NCBI GenBank assembly: GCA_002705205.1
Contig: PAHP01000007.1
Location: 54,866-118,865, forward strand
Source: Flavobacteriales bacterium
GTDB taxonomy: Bacteria; Bacteroidota; Bacteroidia; Flavobacteriales; BACL11
Reading direction: 5' to 3'
Length of the DNA: 64,000 nucleotides
Part shown: piece after piece, positions 1 to 9,758 of the stretch
Numbering within the stretch: the first letter of the stretch is position 1
Layout of the letters: each line of letters opens with the position of its first letter
Notes under the pieces: model-generated
What the model saw: the letters and a program-made list of their open reading frames with translations, nothing else
What the model was told of the DNA's origin: nothing
The model's database searches: none
Program-made: the position numbers and the translations under genes

Positions 1-1
1 T

Positions 2-2590
2 GCTAGAGTGCAGGCATCAGTTTTATCATTATATGATTCTGCTAGATTAAAAAACCCATTAAAGAATGGTGTTGAAGAGGAATGGTCATTATTAGATACA
101 GAGATAAAGACACGTCTTTCTAAAATCACTGGAAAGAAAATAGTTTTTTTAACAGCAACTATAATCAGCCCTTCTTTAAAGAGCCTTCTAGATAAGTTCT
201 CACTAAAATATCCTAATTTTGAGCATATTATGTATGATTCTATTCCTTATGATGGAATCTTAAATGCGAATATGCAATCTTTTGGTTTGCGAGCTATTCC
301 AAGTTATTATTTTGATAAAGCTAATATTATTGTGTCATTTGGGGCTGATTTTATAGGCAACTGGTTAAATAATGATTATTCTACGGACTATATTAAGGCA
401 AGAAATCCAAAGAATGGTGCAATGTCTAAGCATTATCAGATAGAGTCGAACCTTAGTTTAACTGGATCTAATGCAGATAAGCGTATTCCAATAAAACCTT
501 CTGAGCAAAAAATATTACTATCTGATCTATATAAGGCATTATTAAATAAGGCTCAGCCTAATGATAATCGATTATTAGATATAGTTGATAAATTAAGAAG
601 TAATAAATCTAAATCGATTGTCATATGTGATAGTAATGATATTAAGATTCAATTATTAGTCAATAGTATAAACTCTATCTTAAATAATTATAATAATACT
701 ATATCTTTAAAAAGACCTTCTTATATCAAACAGGGCGATAGTAGTAAAGTAGATAATTTAATCAAAGAGATGAAAGATGGTGATGTAGGGGCTTTAATAA
801 CATATAAAGTCAATCCATCATACAACTTATATAATGCTGCAGAATTTAATAAAGCGTTATTAAAAGTTGATTTAAAAATATCAACATCATCATATAATGA
901 TGAAACAGCATCTTTAATGGATTATGTATGTCCTGACAATCACAATCTAGAGAGTTGGGGTGATCTTCACCCTTCTCACAATATTTATACGTTGATGCAG
1001 CCGACTATCGCTCCATTATTTAATACTAGGCAATTTGAGGAGACCTTATTAAATTGGATGGATGAAGATGATTATCACGCATACTTATCTAATTTTTGGA
1101 AGGAAAAAGGTGTAAATTGGGAGAAAGCAGTACATGATGGGTTTTTTGATTTTGAAGATAAAGAACCAGAACTAAACTCCATCTCTAATTTAGATCCTAT
1201 GATCTTAAATTCTCAAGTTTCTAAACAAGGGGTTGAATTAGTAATATATGAGAAGATAGGAATCGGAGATGGTACACAAGCTAATAATCCTTGGCTACAA
1301 GAATTTCCTGACCCAATTTCTAGATCATGTTGGGATAATTATATAACGGTTTCGGCTAGCACTGCAAGAAAACTTAATTTAAAGAATTGGAATGTTTCAA
1401 ATGGAGCATTGAATGGAAGTATTGTTAATATTAAATCAGATAATATTATTATTGAGAATGTTCCTGTAATGATACAGCCAGGACAAGCAAATAATACTGC
1501 TGGTTTAGCACTAGGATATGGGAGAACTAAATCAGGAAAGGCCGCTAACAATGTTGGTTTCAATGCATTCCCTTTATTGAAATCAAAGACACTTTCTATT
1601 GAACTTACTGAAGGAGAGCATGAATTTGCATCTATACAATTACATCATACTATGATGGGGAGAGATATGGTTAAGGAAACTACGTTGTCAGATTATATTA
1701 AAGATCCTTCTTCAGGAAATGACAGAACAACTTATCCAACGTTTAAAGGAGATTTACCTGCTGATAAACTTAGTCTCTATGATGAACACGATTTAAAAAC
1801 AGGTCATTTCTGGAATTTGTCAATTGATTTAACAGCTTGTACTGGATGTGGAGAATGTGTTATTTCATGTCAGGCTGAGAATAACATTCCCGTTGTTGGT
1901 AAAGAAGAGATGAGGAAAAGTCGTGATATGCATTGGATGAGAATTGATAGATATTATTCTTCTGATATGACTAAAGACATCGCAAAGGAGAATGATATTT
2001 CTGCAATTGATATGTATAAAGAGATGGAGGAACCATCAGAAAATCCAGAGGTTGTTTTTCAACCTGTAATGTGTCAGCATTGTAATAATGCTCCATGTGA
2101 GAATGTATGTCCAGTTGCAGCAACTACTCACAGTAATGAGGGGCTTAATCAGATGACATATAATAGGTGTGTTGGAACACGATATTGTGCTAATAACTGC
2201 CCTTACAAGGTAAGACGTTTTAATTGGTTCCAGTATTCTGATAATGAAAGATTTGATTTCAATATGAATGATGATTATGGGAAAATGGTATTGAATCCTG
2301 ATGTAGTTGTAAGATCTAGAGGTGTTATTGAGAAGTGTAGTATGTGTATTCAAAAGATACAAGAACTGAAATTAACAGCAAAGAAAGAAGGGAGGCCTAT
2401 CTTAGATGAAGAGGCTCAGACTGTCTGCGCATCTTCTTGTTCAACTAATGCCATAGTATTTGGAGATGCTAATAATACTGAAAGTGAAGTTTCTAAACTT
2501 AAACAAGATGAGAGGGCATATGACCTATTAGACCATTTAAATGTTAATCCATCTGTTTTTTATCAAACTAAAGTAAGAAATAAATCATAA
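2..2590 (+). CDS. actB: Alternative complex III subunit ActB (molybdopterin-oxidoreductase-like domain plus Fe-S domain), 5'-truncated by the window edge
   Basis: Frame is open from the window start (ARVQASVLSLYD). Carries the ANNPWLQEFPDP motif and C-terminal Fe-S motifs CTGCGECVISC, CQHCNNAPCENVC, CVGTRYCANNC and CSMC. Followed by an NrfD-type gene. Confidence 0.93.
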   Translation, partial: ARVQASVLSLYDSARLKNPLKNGVEEEWSLLDTEIKTRLSKITGKKIVFLTATIISPSLKSLLDKFSLKYPNFEHIMYDSIPYDGILNANMQSFGLRAIPSYYFDKANIIVSFGADFIGNWLNNDYSTDYIKARNPKNGAMSKHYQIESNLSLTGSNADKRIPIKPSEQKILLSDLYKALLNKAQPNDNRLLDIVDKLRSNKSKSIVICDSNDIKIQLLVNSINSILNNYNNTISLKRPSYIKQGDSSKVDNLIKEMKDGDVGALITYKVNPSYNLYNAAEFNKALLKVDLKISTSSYNDETASLMDYVCPDNHNLESWGDLHPSHNIYTLMQPTIAPLFNTRQFEETLLNWMDEDDYHAYLSNFWKEKGVNWEKAVHDGFFDFEDKEPELNSISNLDPMILNSQVSKQGVELVIYEKIGIGDGTQANNPWLQEFPDPISRSCWDNYITVSASTARKLNLKNWNVSNGALNGSIVNIKSDNIIIENVPVMIQPGQANNTAGLALGYGRTKSGKAANNVGFNAFPLLKSKTLSIELTEGEHEFASIQLHHTMMGRDMVKETTLSDYIKDPSSGNDRTTYPTFKGDLPADKLSLYDEHDLKTGHFWNLSIDLTACTGCGECVISCQAENNIPVVGKEEMRKSRDMHWMRIDRYYSSDMTKDIAKENDISAIDMYKEMEEPSENPEVVFQPVMCQHCNNAPCENVCPVAATTHSNEGLNQMTYNRCVGTRYCANNCPYKVRRFNWFQYSDNERFDFNMNDDYGKMVLNPDVVVRSRGVIEKCSMCIQKIQELKLTAKKEGRPILDEEAQTVCASSCSTNAIVFGDANNTESEVSKLKQDERAYDLLDHLNVNPSVFYQTKVRNKS

Positions 2591-3963
2591 TGCATAAAGA
2601 ATCAAAAATAAGAGACCCATTAATTCTTGGCAATAAGACTTACCATGATATAACAAAAGATATTGCTAGGCCTGTTGAAGGTAAGGCAAATAAGTATTGG
2701 TGGATTTTATTTTCTTTATCCGCGGCTTTGATGTTGTGGGGTTTTGCTTGTATGGCATATACTATTGGTACAGGTATTGGAGCTTGGGGTTTAAATAAAA
2801 CTATTGATTGGGCTTGGGATATTACCAACTTTGTGTGGTGGATTGGAATTGGTCATGCTGGAACATTAATTTCTGCAGTACTACTATTATTTAGACAAAA
2901 GTGGAGAATGGCAATTAATAGGTCTGCAGAGGCAATGACTATATTTGGTGTTGCACAAGCTGGATTATTCCCACTTATACATATGGGTAGGCCATGGTTA
3001 GCATATTGGGTTTTCCCAATTCCAAATCAGTTTGGTTCACTTTGGGTTAATTTTAACTCTCCATTACTTTGGGATGTATTTGCTATTTCAACTTATTTAA
3101 CAGTTTCTGTGGTATTTTGGTATATTGGTTTAATACCTGATTTTGCCATGATTAGAGACAGGCTAGACAAAACAATATCTCCAATGAGAAAGAAGCTTTA
3201 TACATTAATGGCTTTTGGATGGAGTGGTCGGGCTAAGCATTGGCAGCGATTTGAAGAAGTATCTTTAGTTTTAGCAGGTCTTGCTACACCGCTTGTGTTT
3301 TCAGTTCATTCGATTGTTAGTATGGATTTTGCTACTTCTGTTATTCCAGGATGGCATACAACTATTTTTCCGCCATATTTTGTTTTAGGAGCACTTTTCT
3401 CTGGATTTGCTATGGTAGAGACATTATTAATTATCATGAGAAAGGTTGTTAATATGGAATCTTACATTACTATTAAGCATATTGAGTATATGAATGTAAT
3501 TATTCTTTTTACAGGATCATTAGTTGGTGTAGCTTATATTACTGAGCTTTTTATGGCATGGTATTCAGGCGTTGAATTTGAGCAGTATGCTTTCTTAAAT
3601 AGAGCAACAGGCCCATATTGGTGGGCATATGCTAGTATGATGACATGCAATGTAGTAATACCTCAGTTGTATTGGATATATAAAATACGAACATCGTTTG
3701 TAGCAACATTTATTTTATCTATATTTGTTAATATTGGTATGTGGTTTGAGCGTTTTGTTATTATTGTAACTTCATTACATCGTGACTTCCTCCCTTCTTC
3801 ATGGACTATGTTCTCTCCTACTTTTATTGACATTGGAATCTTTCTTGGTACAATAGGGTTCTTTTTTGTATTATTCTTAATGTATGCTAGAGCTTTTCCA
3901 GTTGTTGCGCAGGCTGAGTTAAAAAGTATTTTAAAATCATCAGGTTCTGAATATAAAAAGTAA
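2590..3963 (+). CDS. actC: Alternative complex III subunit ActC (NrfD/PsrC family quinol-binding membrane protein)
   Basis: Motifs WDITNFVWWIGIGHAGTLISA, NRSAEAMT, HMGRPW and SPLLWDVFA; polytopic; start overlaps the actB stop (TAATG). Confidence 0.95.
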   Translation: MHKESKIRDPLILGNKTYHDITKDIARPVEGKANKYWWILFSLSAALMLWGFACMAYTIGTGIGAWGLNKTIDWAWDITNFVWWIGIGHAGTLISAVLLLFRQKWRMAINRSAEAMTIFGVAQAGLFPLIHMGRPWLAYWVFPIPNQFGSLWVNFNSPLLWDVFAISTYLTVSVVFWYIGLIPDFAMIRDRLDKTISPMRKKLYTLMAFGWSGRAKHWQRFEEVSLVLAGLATPLVFSVHSIVSMDFATSVIPGWHTTIFPPYFVLGALFSGFAMVETLLIIMRKVVNMESYITIKHIEYMNVIILFTGSLVGVAYITELFMAWYSGVEFEQYAFLNRATGPYWWAYASMMTCNVVIPQLYWIYKIRTSFVATFILSIFVNIGMWFERFVIIVTSLHRDFLPSSWTMFSPTFIDIGIFLGTIGFFFVLFLMYARAFPVVAQAELKSILKSSGSEYKK

Positions 3964-3965
3964 AG

Positions 3966-4502
3966 ATGAAAATGAAAATTATACATGCTATTTTTGATGA
4001 TGAACAAGACGTTTTAAGTGTTGTTAAAGATTTAAGAGATAGAGAAATTGAGGTTAATGAAGTATATAGTCCATTTCCTATACATGGGTTAGACCCAGTC
4101 CTTGGTTTAAAAGAGACTAGAATGGCAATAACTGCATTTATTTATGGGTGTATTGGATTGACATTTGGGGCATTATTAATTTATTATATTATGATATCTG
4201 GGGTTGGAAAGAGTTGGCCAATGAATATCGGTGGAAAACCAAATTTTACCTTTTATCATAATTTACCATCTTTTGTGCCAATTATGTTTGAGTGTACTGT
4301 CCTTTTTGCTGGCCATTTAATGTCAATTACATATCTTTTTAGGAATAAATTATATCCAGGAGCAACTACAACAAGTCCAGATCCAAGAACAACAGATGAT
4401 AAATTTTTAGTTGAGCTAACATATACAGATAATAAAGATGATATTATTGCCTTGCTTAAAAAGTCTAATGTTACTGAAATAAATGAGAAAGATGAAATAT
4501 AG
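3966..4502 (+). CDS. actD: Alternative complex III subunit ActD (DUF3341)
   Basis: YSPFPIHGLD, WPMNIGGKP and FECTVLF motifs; two TM helices; operon position. Confidence 0.92.
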   Translation: MKMKIIHAIFDDEQDVLSVVKDLRDREIEVNEVYSPFPIHGLDPVLGLKETRMAITAFIYGCIGLTFGALLIYYIMISGVGKSWPMNIGGKPNFTFYHNLPSFVPIMFECTVLFAGHLMSITYLFRNKLYPGATTTSPDPRTTDDKFLVELTYTDNKDDIIALLKKSNVTEINEKDEI

Positions 4503-5067
4503 ATTTATAATAATTTGTAGTATTTATCTCTTAGTTACTTCTTGCAGTAATGACGGTCGCGGCTATGAGTATATGCCAAATATGTATCGCTCTCCATCAT
4601 TAGAAACATATGGGAAAAATAAGATATTTAATGATAGTATTAATGCAAGAAAACCTGTTGCAGGAACTATTGCAAGAGGTTATTTAAAGACGTTTAATTA
4701 CGGTCCTTCTTTAGAGGATTATTTATTGGCAGGTGAACATGCGATTAATCCGTTAGAATCTAATAGTGATAATATCTCTGATGGCGAGGCACTTTATTCA
4801 ATGTTTTGTGAACATTGCCATGGCCCTGATGGAGCTGGTGGAGGGTCTATAACTCACCCTATTTATTCTGTAGTTCCTTATTATAATGATGACAAACAAA
4901 AAAGAAGATCAGGAACTACTATGAGTGAATTAAAATCTGGTCATATATTTCATGCAATTACATATGGTTTAAATGCAATGGGGCCACATGCTTCACAGCT
5001 AACAGAGACAGAAAGATGGAAGATAGTATTATATGTTCAGGAACTTCAGAAATATAGTAATGAATAA
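4492..5067 (+). CDS. actE: Alternative complex III subunit ActE, monoheme cytochrome c lipoprotein
   Basis: Lipobox LVTS-C, YMPNMY, one heme motif CEHCH and distal Met in GLNAMG. ATG at 4492 preferred over 4483. Confidence 0.92.
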   Translation: MKYRFIIICSIYLLVTSCSNDGRGYEYMPNMYRSPSLETYGKNKIFNDSINARKPVAGTIARGYLKTFNYGPSLEDYLLAGEHAINPLESNSDNISDGEALYSMFCEHCHGPDGAGGGSITHPIYSVVPYYNDDKQKRRSGTTMSELKSGHIFHAITYGLNAMGPHASQLTETERWKIVLYVQELQKYSNE

Positions 5068-5077
5068 AACAACTAAT

Positions 5078-6274
5078 ATGTATATTACAAATAGAAGTGT
5101 TAGTATTGCTTCACTAGTTATGATATTAATAGGTCTTTTTTCTGTGTGTATTGCATTTATTACTGATCCGCATGCGGCATGGACTAATCTTTTGTTTAAT
5201 AATTATTTCTTTTTAGGGATTTCTTTATTTGCTGTTTTCTTTGTCGCGTTACAATATGTTGCTGAAGCGGGTTGGTCAACTATTCTTAAAAGAGTTCCAG
5301 AAGCTATCATGACGTTTCTACCTTATACATCAATTGTGATGTTATTTATAGTTGTTACAGCAGTTTTACACTTTGGGGGGAACCATATTTATCATTGGTT
5401 AGAGCCTGGAATTATGACAGAAGGATCTGCTAATTATGATAAGATTATTGCAGGTAAGGAGCCCTATTTAAATGCCACATTTTTTCTTATTAGGTCATTT
5501 ATATATGTTATTATATGGGTGTATTGCGCTAGAAGATTACGGCAAATTTCTTTAGAAGGAGACCTTGAAGGAGATATAGGAGAAAAATCGTATTGGAAAG
5601 GCTTGAGAGTATCTGGATGGTTTATTGTACTTTTTGCAGTTACATCATCAACAGCTGCCTGGGATTGGATTATGTCAATAGATACTCATTGGTTTAGCAC
5701 CTTGTTTGGATGGTATATATTTAGTGAATGGGCGGTAATAGGATTTGCTAGTATATTATTAATGACCTTGCTTTTAAACAAACAAGGCTATCTAAGGCAC
5801 TTAAATGATAGTCACATTCATGATTTAGGAAAGTGGCTTTTTGCTTTTTCTATAGTGTGGACGTATATGTGGTTTTCTCAGTTTATGCTAATATGGTATG
5901 CAAATATTCCAGAAGAGGTGATCTATCATATGGAAAGAATAGAATTAGATAATTATAGATTTCTTTCTTGGTTTAGTTTAGCTATTAATTTTATCATCCC
6001 AGCTCTTTTTCTAATGAGTAGAGATGCAAAAAGAAATAAAAATCGTTTAATTTTTGTGTGTATTGTTGTTTTAATAGGTCACTGGATTAATTCTTATTTA
6101 CTATTTGCTCCTGGCACACTTCACGATCATGGACATTTAGGAATACTTGAGATAGGTTTAGGAATAGGTTTTCTTGGTCTATTTATTAAAGTGGTATTGA
6201 CTAGTCTTAGTAAAAGAGATATTGAATTAAAGCATCATCCATTCTTAGAAGAAAGCAAACATTTACATACATAA
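5078..6274 (+). CDS. actF: Alternative complex III subunit ActF (quinol:cytochrome c oxidoreductase membrane subunit)
   Basis: WDWIMSIDTHWFSTLFGWY, HDLGK and SQFMLIWYANIPEE motifs. Start is uncertain (5060 or 5078). Confidence 0.92.
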   Translation: MYITNRSVSIASLVMILIGLFSVCIAFITDPHAAWTNLLFNNYFFLGISLFAVFFVALQYVAEAGWSTILKRVPEAIMTFLPYTSIVMLFIVVTAVLHFGGNHIYHWLEPGIMTEGSANYDKIIAGKEPYLNATFFLIRSFIYVIIWVYCARRLRQISLEGDLEGDIGEKSYWKGLRVSGWFIVLFAVTSSTAAWDWIMSIDTHWFSTLFGWYIFSEWAVIGFASILLMTLLLNKQGYLRHLNDSHIHDLGKWLFAFSIVWTYMWFSQFMLIWYANIPEEVIYHMERIELDNYRFLSWFSLAINFIIPALFLMSRDAKRNKNRLIFVCIVVLIGHWINSYLLFAPGTLHDHGHLGILEIGLGIGFLGLFIKVVLTSLSKRDIELKHHPFLEESKHLHT

Positions 6275-6298
6275 ACCATTTTATTGTTAATATATTTT

Positions 6299-6328
6299 AA
6301 AGGGTTGGATTAATCTGACCCTTTTTTT
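6299..6328 (+). terminator. Intrinsic terminator after actF
   Basis: Hairpin AAAGGGTTGGAT-TA-ATCTGACCCTTT (two G-U pairs) followed by a T run. Confidence 0.7.
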
Positions 6329-6333
6329 ATGCT

Positions 6334-6341
6334 TACTTTTG
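6334..6341 (+). promoter_or_regulatory. Bacteroidota sigma-70 -7 box upstream of ruvB
   Basis: TACTTTTG matches TAnnTTTG, 8 nt before the ATG at 6350. Confidence 0.6.
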
Positions 6342-6349
6342 CTGATATT

Positions 6350-7369
6350 ATGAATGAAGATGATCAAATAGATTCTGAAGAGTTTAATGAAGAATTTCAA
6401 ATAGAAAATGTATTAAGGCCAAAATTATTTGCTGATTTTGAGGGGCAAGAAAAGATAGTTGATAATCTTAAAGTCTTTATTGAAGCAGCAAAGCAAAGAG
6501 AAGATGCTCTTGATCACGTTTTATTACATGGTCCTCCAGGCTTAGGAAAAACTACTCTAGCTAATATTATCGCTAATGAACTAGATGTAGGAATTAAGAC
6601 TACTTCAGGCCCAGTATTGGATAAACCTGGTGATTTAGCAGGATTACTTACTACCTTAGAAGAACGAGATGTTCTCTTTATTGACGAAATACATAGGTTG
6701 AATCCAATTGTGGAGGAATATCTCTATTCTGCTATGGAAGATTATCAGATTGATATTATGATTGAGTCAGGGCCAAATGCAAGAACTGTTCAGATTAAAA
6801 TAAATCCATTTACTTTAATAGGAGCAACAACACGTTCAGGCTTATTAACGTCTCCTTTAAGAGCGCGTTTTGGGATTAACTCTAGATTAGAATATTATAA
6901 ATTAGATTTATTATCAAATATTGTAAATCGTTCTTCATCAATATTAGATGTTAGGATTGAAAAAAATGCTGCATCTGAGATTGCAGGTAGAAGCAGAGGA
7001 ACTCCAAGGATCGCAAATGCACTTTTAAGAAGGGTAAGGGATTTTGCTCAGATTAAAGGAGATGGAAATATTAATAAAAGCATTACGCAATATTCTTTAA
7101 CAGCATTGAATGTTGATGAACATGGTTTAGATGCTATGGATAATAGAATCTTATCAACTATTATTGATAAATTTAAAGGAGGTCCTGTTGGACTAACAAC
7201 TATCTCTACAGCTGTAGGGGAGCAAGCAGGAACTATTGAGGAGGTATATGAACCATACCTTATTCAGGAAGGGTATCTAATGCGAACTCCTAGAGGCAGA
7301 AAAGCAACTGATTTAGCATATAAACATCTGGGTAGAGTAAATTCTTCTGGGCAGAAAGATCTATTCTAG
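6350..7369 (+). CDS. ruvB: Holliday junction branch migration helicase RuvB
   Basis: LRPK..F.GQ, Walker [42 protein letters not shown] and RTPRGR. Start moved to 6350 because the promoter box lies inside the longer ORF. Confidence 0.97.
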   Translation: MNEDDQIDSEEFNEEFQIENVLRPKLFADFEGQEKIVDNLKVFIEAAKQREDALDHVLLHGPPGLGKTTLANIIANELDVGIKTTSGPVLDKPGDLAGLLTTLEERDVLFIDEIHRLNPIVEEYLYSAMEDYQIDIMIESGPNARTVQIKINPFTLIGATTRSGLLTSPLRARFGINSRLEYYKLDLLSNIVNRSSSILDVRIEKNAASEIAGRSRGTPRIANALLRRVRDFAQIKGDGNINKSITQYSLTALNVDEHGLDAMDNRILSTIIDKFKGGPVGLTTISTAVGEQAGTIEEVYEPYLIQEGYLMRTPRGRKATDLAYKHLGRVNSSGQKDLF

Positions 7370-7551
7370 GATATCTGATCAAATACTTCTAGTATAGTTG
7401 TCTTGTATTGTGAGAATGTTGTAAGTGCCCATATTTTTAAAGTAATAACTTCTTGTTTGTTGAGCCACCTTGCACTTTTTGAGAGTTCCTTTTTGAAAAG
7501 CTTTTTATCAAAACTAACTTTCTTTAGGATTTTTTTACTGAATTCTAACAT
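7366..7551 (-). CDS. Small basic hypothetical protein (61 aa) of a type recalled as conserved in Bacteroidota
   Basis: [26 protein letters not shown]; fills the gap between ruvB and ubiX; AT-rich initiation region. Confidence 0.7.
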   Translation of the reverse strand: MLEFSKKILKKVSFDKKLFKKELSKSARWLNKQEVITLKIWALTTFSQYKTTILEVFDQIS

Positions 7552-7594
7552 AGTTTATAATGTTTATATATAGAATAACAAAAAAACGAGAAAA

Positions 7595-8167
7595 TTATTG
7601 TTTCTCGCCCCAACTATATGAGTTGTTTTCTAAACCAGCAAGAGTTAATACTCTATCAATTACTGTAGAAGCAAGTTCCTCAAAAGTATTAGGGTTACTA
7701 TAAAAGGATGGCGTTGCAGGGCATATAATTCCTCCAGCTTCAGTAATTGCTTTCATATTATTTATGTGTATTAGATTAAGAGGAGTGTCTCTTGCTACAA
7801 CAATGAGTCTTCTTCTTTCTTTAAGTATAACGTCAGCTGCTCTTGTAGTTAGATCATTACTTATTCCGGCAGCGATACGCCCCATAGTGCCCATTGAACA
7901 AGGGCAAATAATCATTGTAGCGTAATTAGCTGAACCACTTGCAAAAGGAGCCATAAAATCCATTTTATCATAAAATCTAAATGGATATTTTTTATAATTA
8001 GTGTTGGAAAGTTCTTTTTCCCAAACGAACTTTGCATTGTCACTCATTAAAACTCCAACCTCTGCAATTTGCTGCTTAAGATCCATTAATTTATCAAGTA
8101 GTACTTTAGCATAGATTGCGCCGCTGGCACCAGTTATTGCTACAATAATTTTGTGATTTTGATTCAT
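7595..8167 (-). CDS. ubiX: Flavin prenyltransferase UbiX family
   Basis: VAITGASGAIY, APFASGS, CPCSMGT, RAADVILKERRRL and PATPSFY motifs. Confidence 0.93.
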   Translation of the reverse strand: MNQNHKIIVAITGASGAIYAKVLLDKLMDLKQQIAEVGVLMSDNAKFVWEKELSNTNYKKYPFRFYDKMDFMAPFASGSANYATMIICPCSMGTMGRIAAGISNDLTTRAADVILKERRRLIVVARDTPLNLIHINNMKAITEAGGIICPATPSFYSNPNTFEELASTVIDRVLTLAGLENNSYSWGEKQ

Positions 8168-8778
8168 GATAGATTGTAATGTATAGTAAAACTTAATACT
8201 GAATTGTATTTTCCTTTCTTATTAGCATTAAATAAATCAACTAACCCTTTAAACTCATCTTCAGTTCCAATTGGCAAGAAAGAGGTAGACATTCTAGTAT
8301 TAAGATTAATTTTTTCAGAATATTTATAATCTATTCCTAAAGCTAATCCTATATCATGTTTGATAAAAGGACTTTTTTCAGATTCTAGTCTTGTTATTAT
8401 ATCATTATAATATCCATCAATTAAATATCCCACAAGAACCCCTGCTTCAATTGCTAAAATATCACTTTGGTGATACTGTAATAATACAGGGATCTCAATA
8501 TATGATAATGATATGTCTCGAATTCCATTTTCATTCATTTTTGGATTATTACTGCCTTTTTGTATATATGTCATTTCCATTTGTAAGCTAAGCAGTTGAG
8601 AGATTTTCTTATTTACAAAAGCTCCAGCTAGTATTCCTGCTTTATTAAAGCCTGCTAAATCATCTCCTCTAACTTGAGAGGTGCTGATTCCTAAAATAAT
8701 ACCACCATCAAAATTTTGTCCTTGAATATTATAAGTAAGAAACCCACAAAAAAGCAATACTGTAAATTTCTTTAGCAT
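8164..8778 (-). CDS. Outer-membrane beta-barrel (PorT/OMP_b-brl_2-like porin family)
   Basis: Signal peptide ending ..GQ; SQVRGD..GFNKAG, LQMEMTYIQKGS and LSYIEIPVLL; amphipathic terminal strand SFTIHYNL. Confidence 0.8.
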   Translation of the reverse strand: MLKKFTVLLFCGFLTYNIQGQNFDGGIILGISTSQVRGDDLAGFNKAGILAGAFVNKKISQLLSLQMEMTYIQKGSNNPKMNENGIRDISLSYIEIPVLLQYHQSDILAIEAGVLVGYLIDGYYNDIITRLESEKSPFIKHDIGLALGIDYKYSEKINLNTRMSTSFLPIGTEDEFKGLVDLFNANKKGKYNSVLSFTIHYNLS

Positions 8779-8779
8779 A

Positions 8780-9745
8780 TTATCTTAAACTAACTCCAAG
8801 ACCAAGTGTAGCAGTTGGATATTTTGCAAAGGTGTAATCGGCATGAATAGTGACAATTGTCATATTTAATCTTAATCCAAGATTTGCTCTTAAATCATTA
8901 TTGCTTTCAAAATCTACATTTATTTTGTCTTCAAATTCTACACCACCTAAATCAAAGTTAGTATCTGTAGAAAAAGAGGTCCTAGATAAATTATAACCTA
9001 ATCCTGCATATCCAGTAATCATCACTATTTTTCTCGATGCAACTAGATTAATTGTCGTTGCTTTTGTGCTTAAGCTAACGTTTTGCCCCTTTATTTCCAT
9101 TTCTGCATTAAGTGAGGTATAGCCACCTTGTAAAGAAAGGCTCATTGGGATTGCATCTCCAATTCCAGGGATCCACTGTAACAAATCATGTTTTAATCCA
9201 ACTCCAAAGAGATTAACTTTAACGCTTTGATCATCTTCTTTTTTCCCAATATTAATTTTTGGAATAAATCTAATGTCAATGGCTGTATTTTTTATTAGTC
9301 CAACTCCAGCTTGAATAATTGGCAATGGAACGATTGGAATATCAAAACCACCAGGAATTTTGAAGTCAATTGTATCTTGTGTGCCATTATTATCGATAAA
9401 ACTATATGCCATATCTGTTTCGTCATTACTTCCAATAATTGTTGAGGCATTATTTGTATTTGAAGTAAAGATCTGCCCTCCAGCATCTTGAATATCAAAG
9501 GTTTTTTCTGATTTAGGGATAAATACTGTATTTACTGTTAACGTAAAATCAAACCCTCCTAGGCTATGTGGTTTAGCTGTATTATACCATCCATTATTTA
9601 ATCCCCCCCCAAAACTCTCAGCCATAGGACTAAAATATGCCTCAATTAATTTTTCTCCTTGAGCTCTATCTCCTGAAAGAATAGCCTGAGCATAGCTATT
9701 TACTGCAATAAAACCAGCTAATAATGTAAATAAATATTTTTTCAT
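8780..9745 (-). CDS. DUF6588-like putative outer-membrane beta-barrel protein
   Basis: Signal peptide ending AQ; AYFSP...FG.GLNNGWYNTAKPH..GGFD and GVGLKHDLLQW; Gly-rich beta strands to the C-terminus. Family assigned from recall. Confidence 0.72.
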   Translation of the reverse strand: MKKYLFTLLAGFIAVNSYAQAILSGDRAQGEKLIEAYFSPMAESFGGGLNNGWYNTAKPHSLGGFDFTLTVNTVFIPKSEKTFDIQDAGGQIFTSNTNNASTIIGSNDETDMAYSFIDNNGTQDTIDFKIPGGFDIPIVPLPIIQAGVGLIKNTAIDIRFIPKINIGKKEDDQSVKVNLFGVGLKHDLLQWIPGIGDAIPMSLSLQGGYTSLNAEMEIKGQNVSLSTKATTINLVASRKIVMITGYAGLGYNLSRTSFSTDTNFDLGGVEFEDKINVDFESNNDLRANLGLRLNMTIVTIHADYTFAKYPTATLGLGVSLR

Positions 9746-9758
9746 GATATTAAATTTC

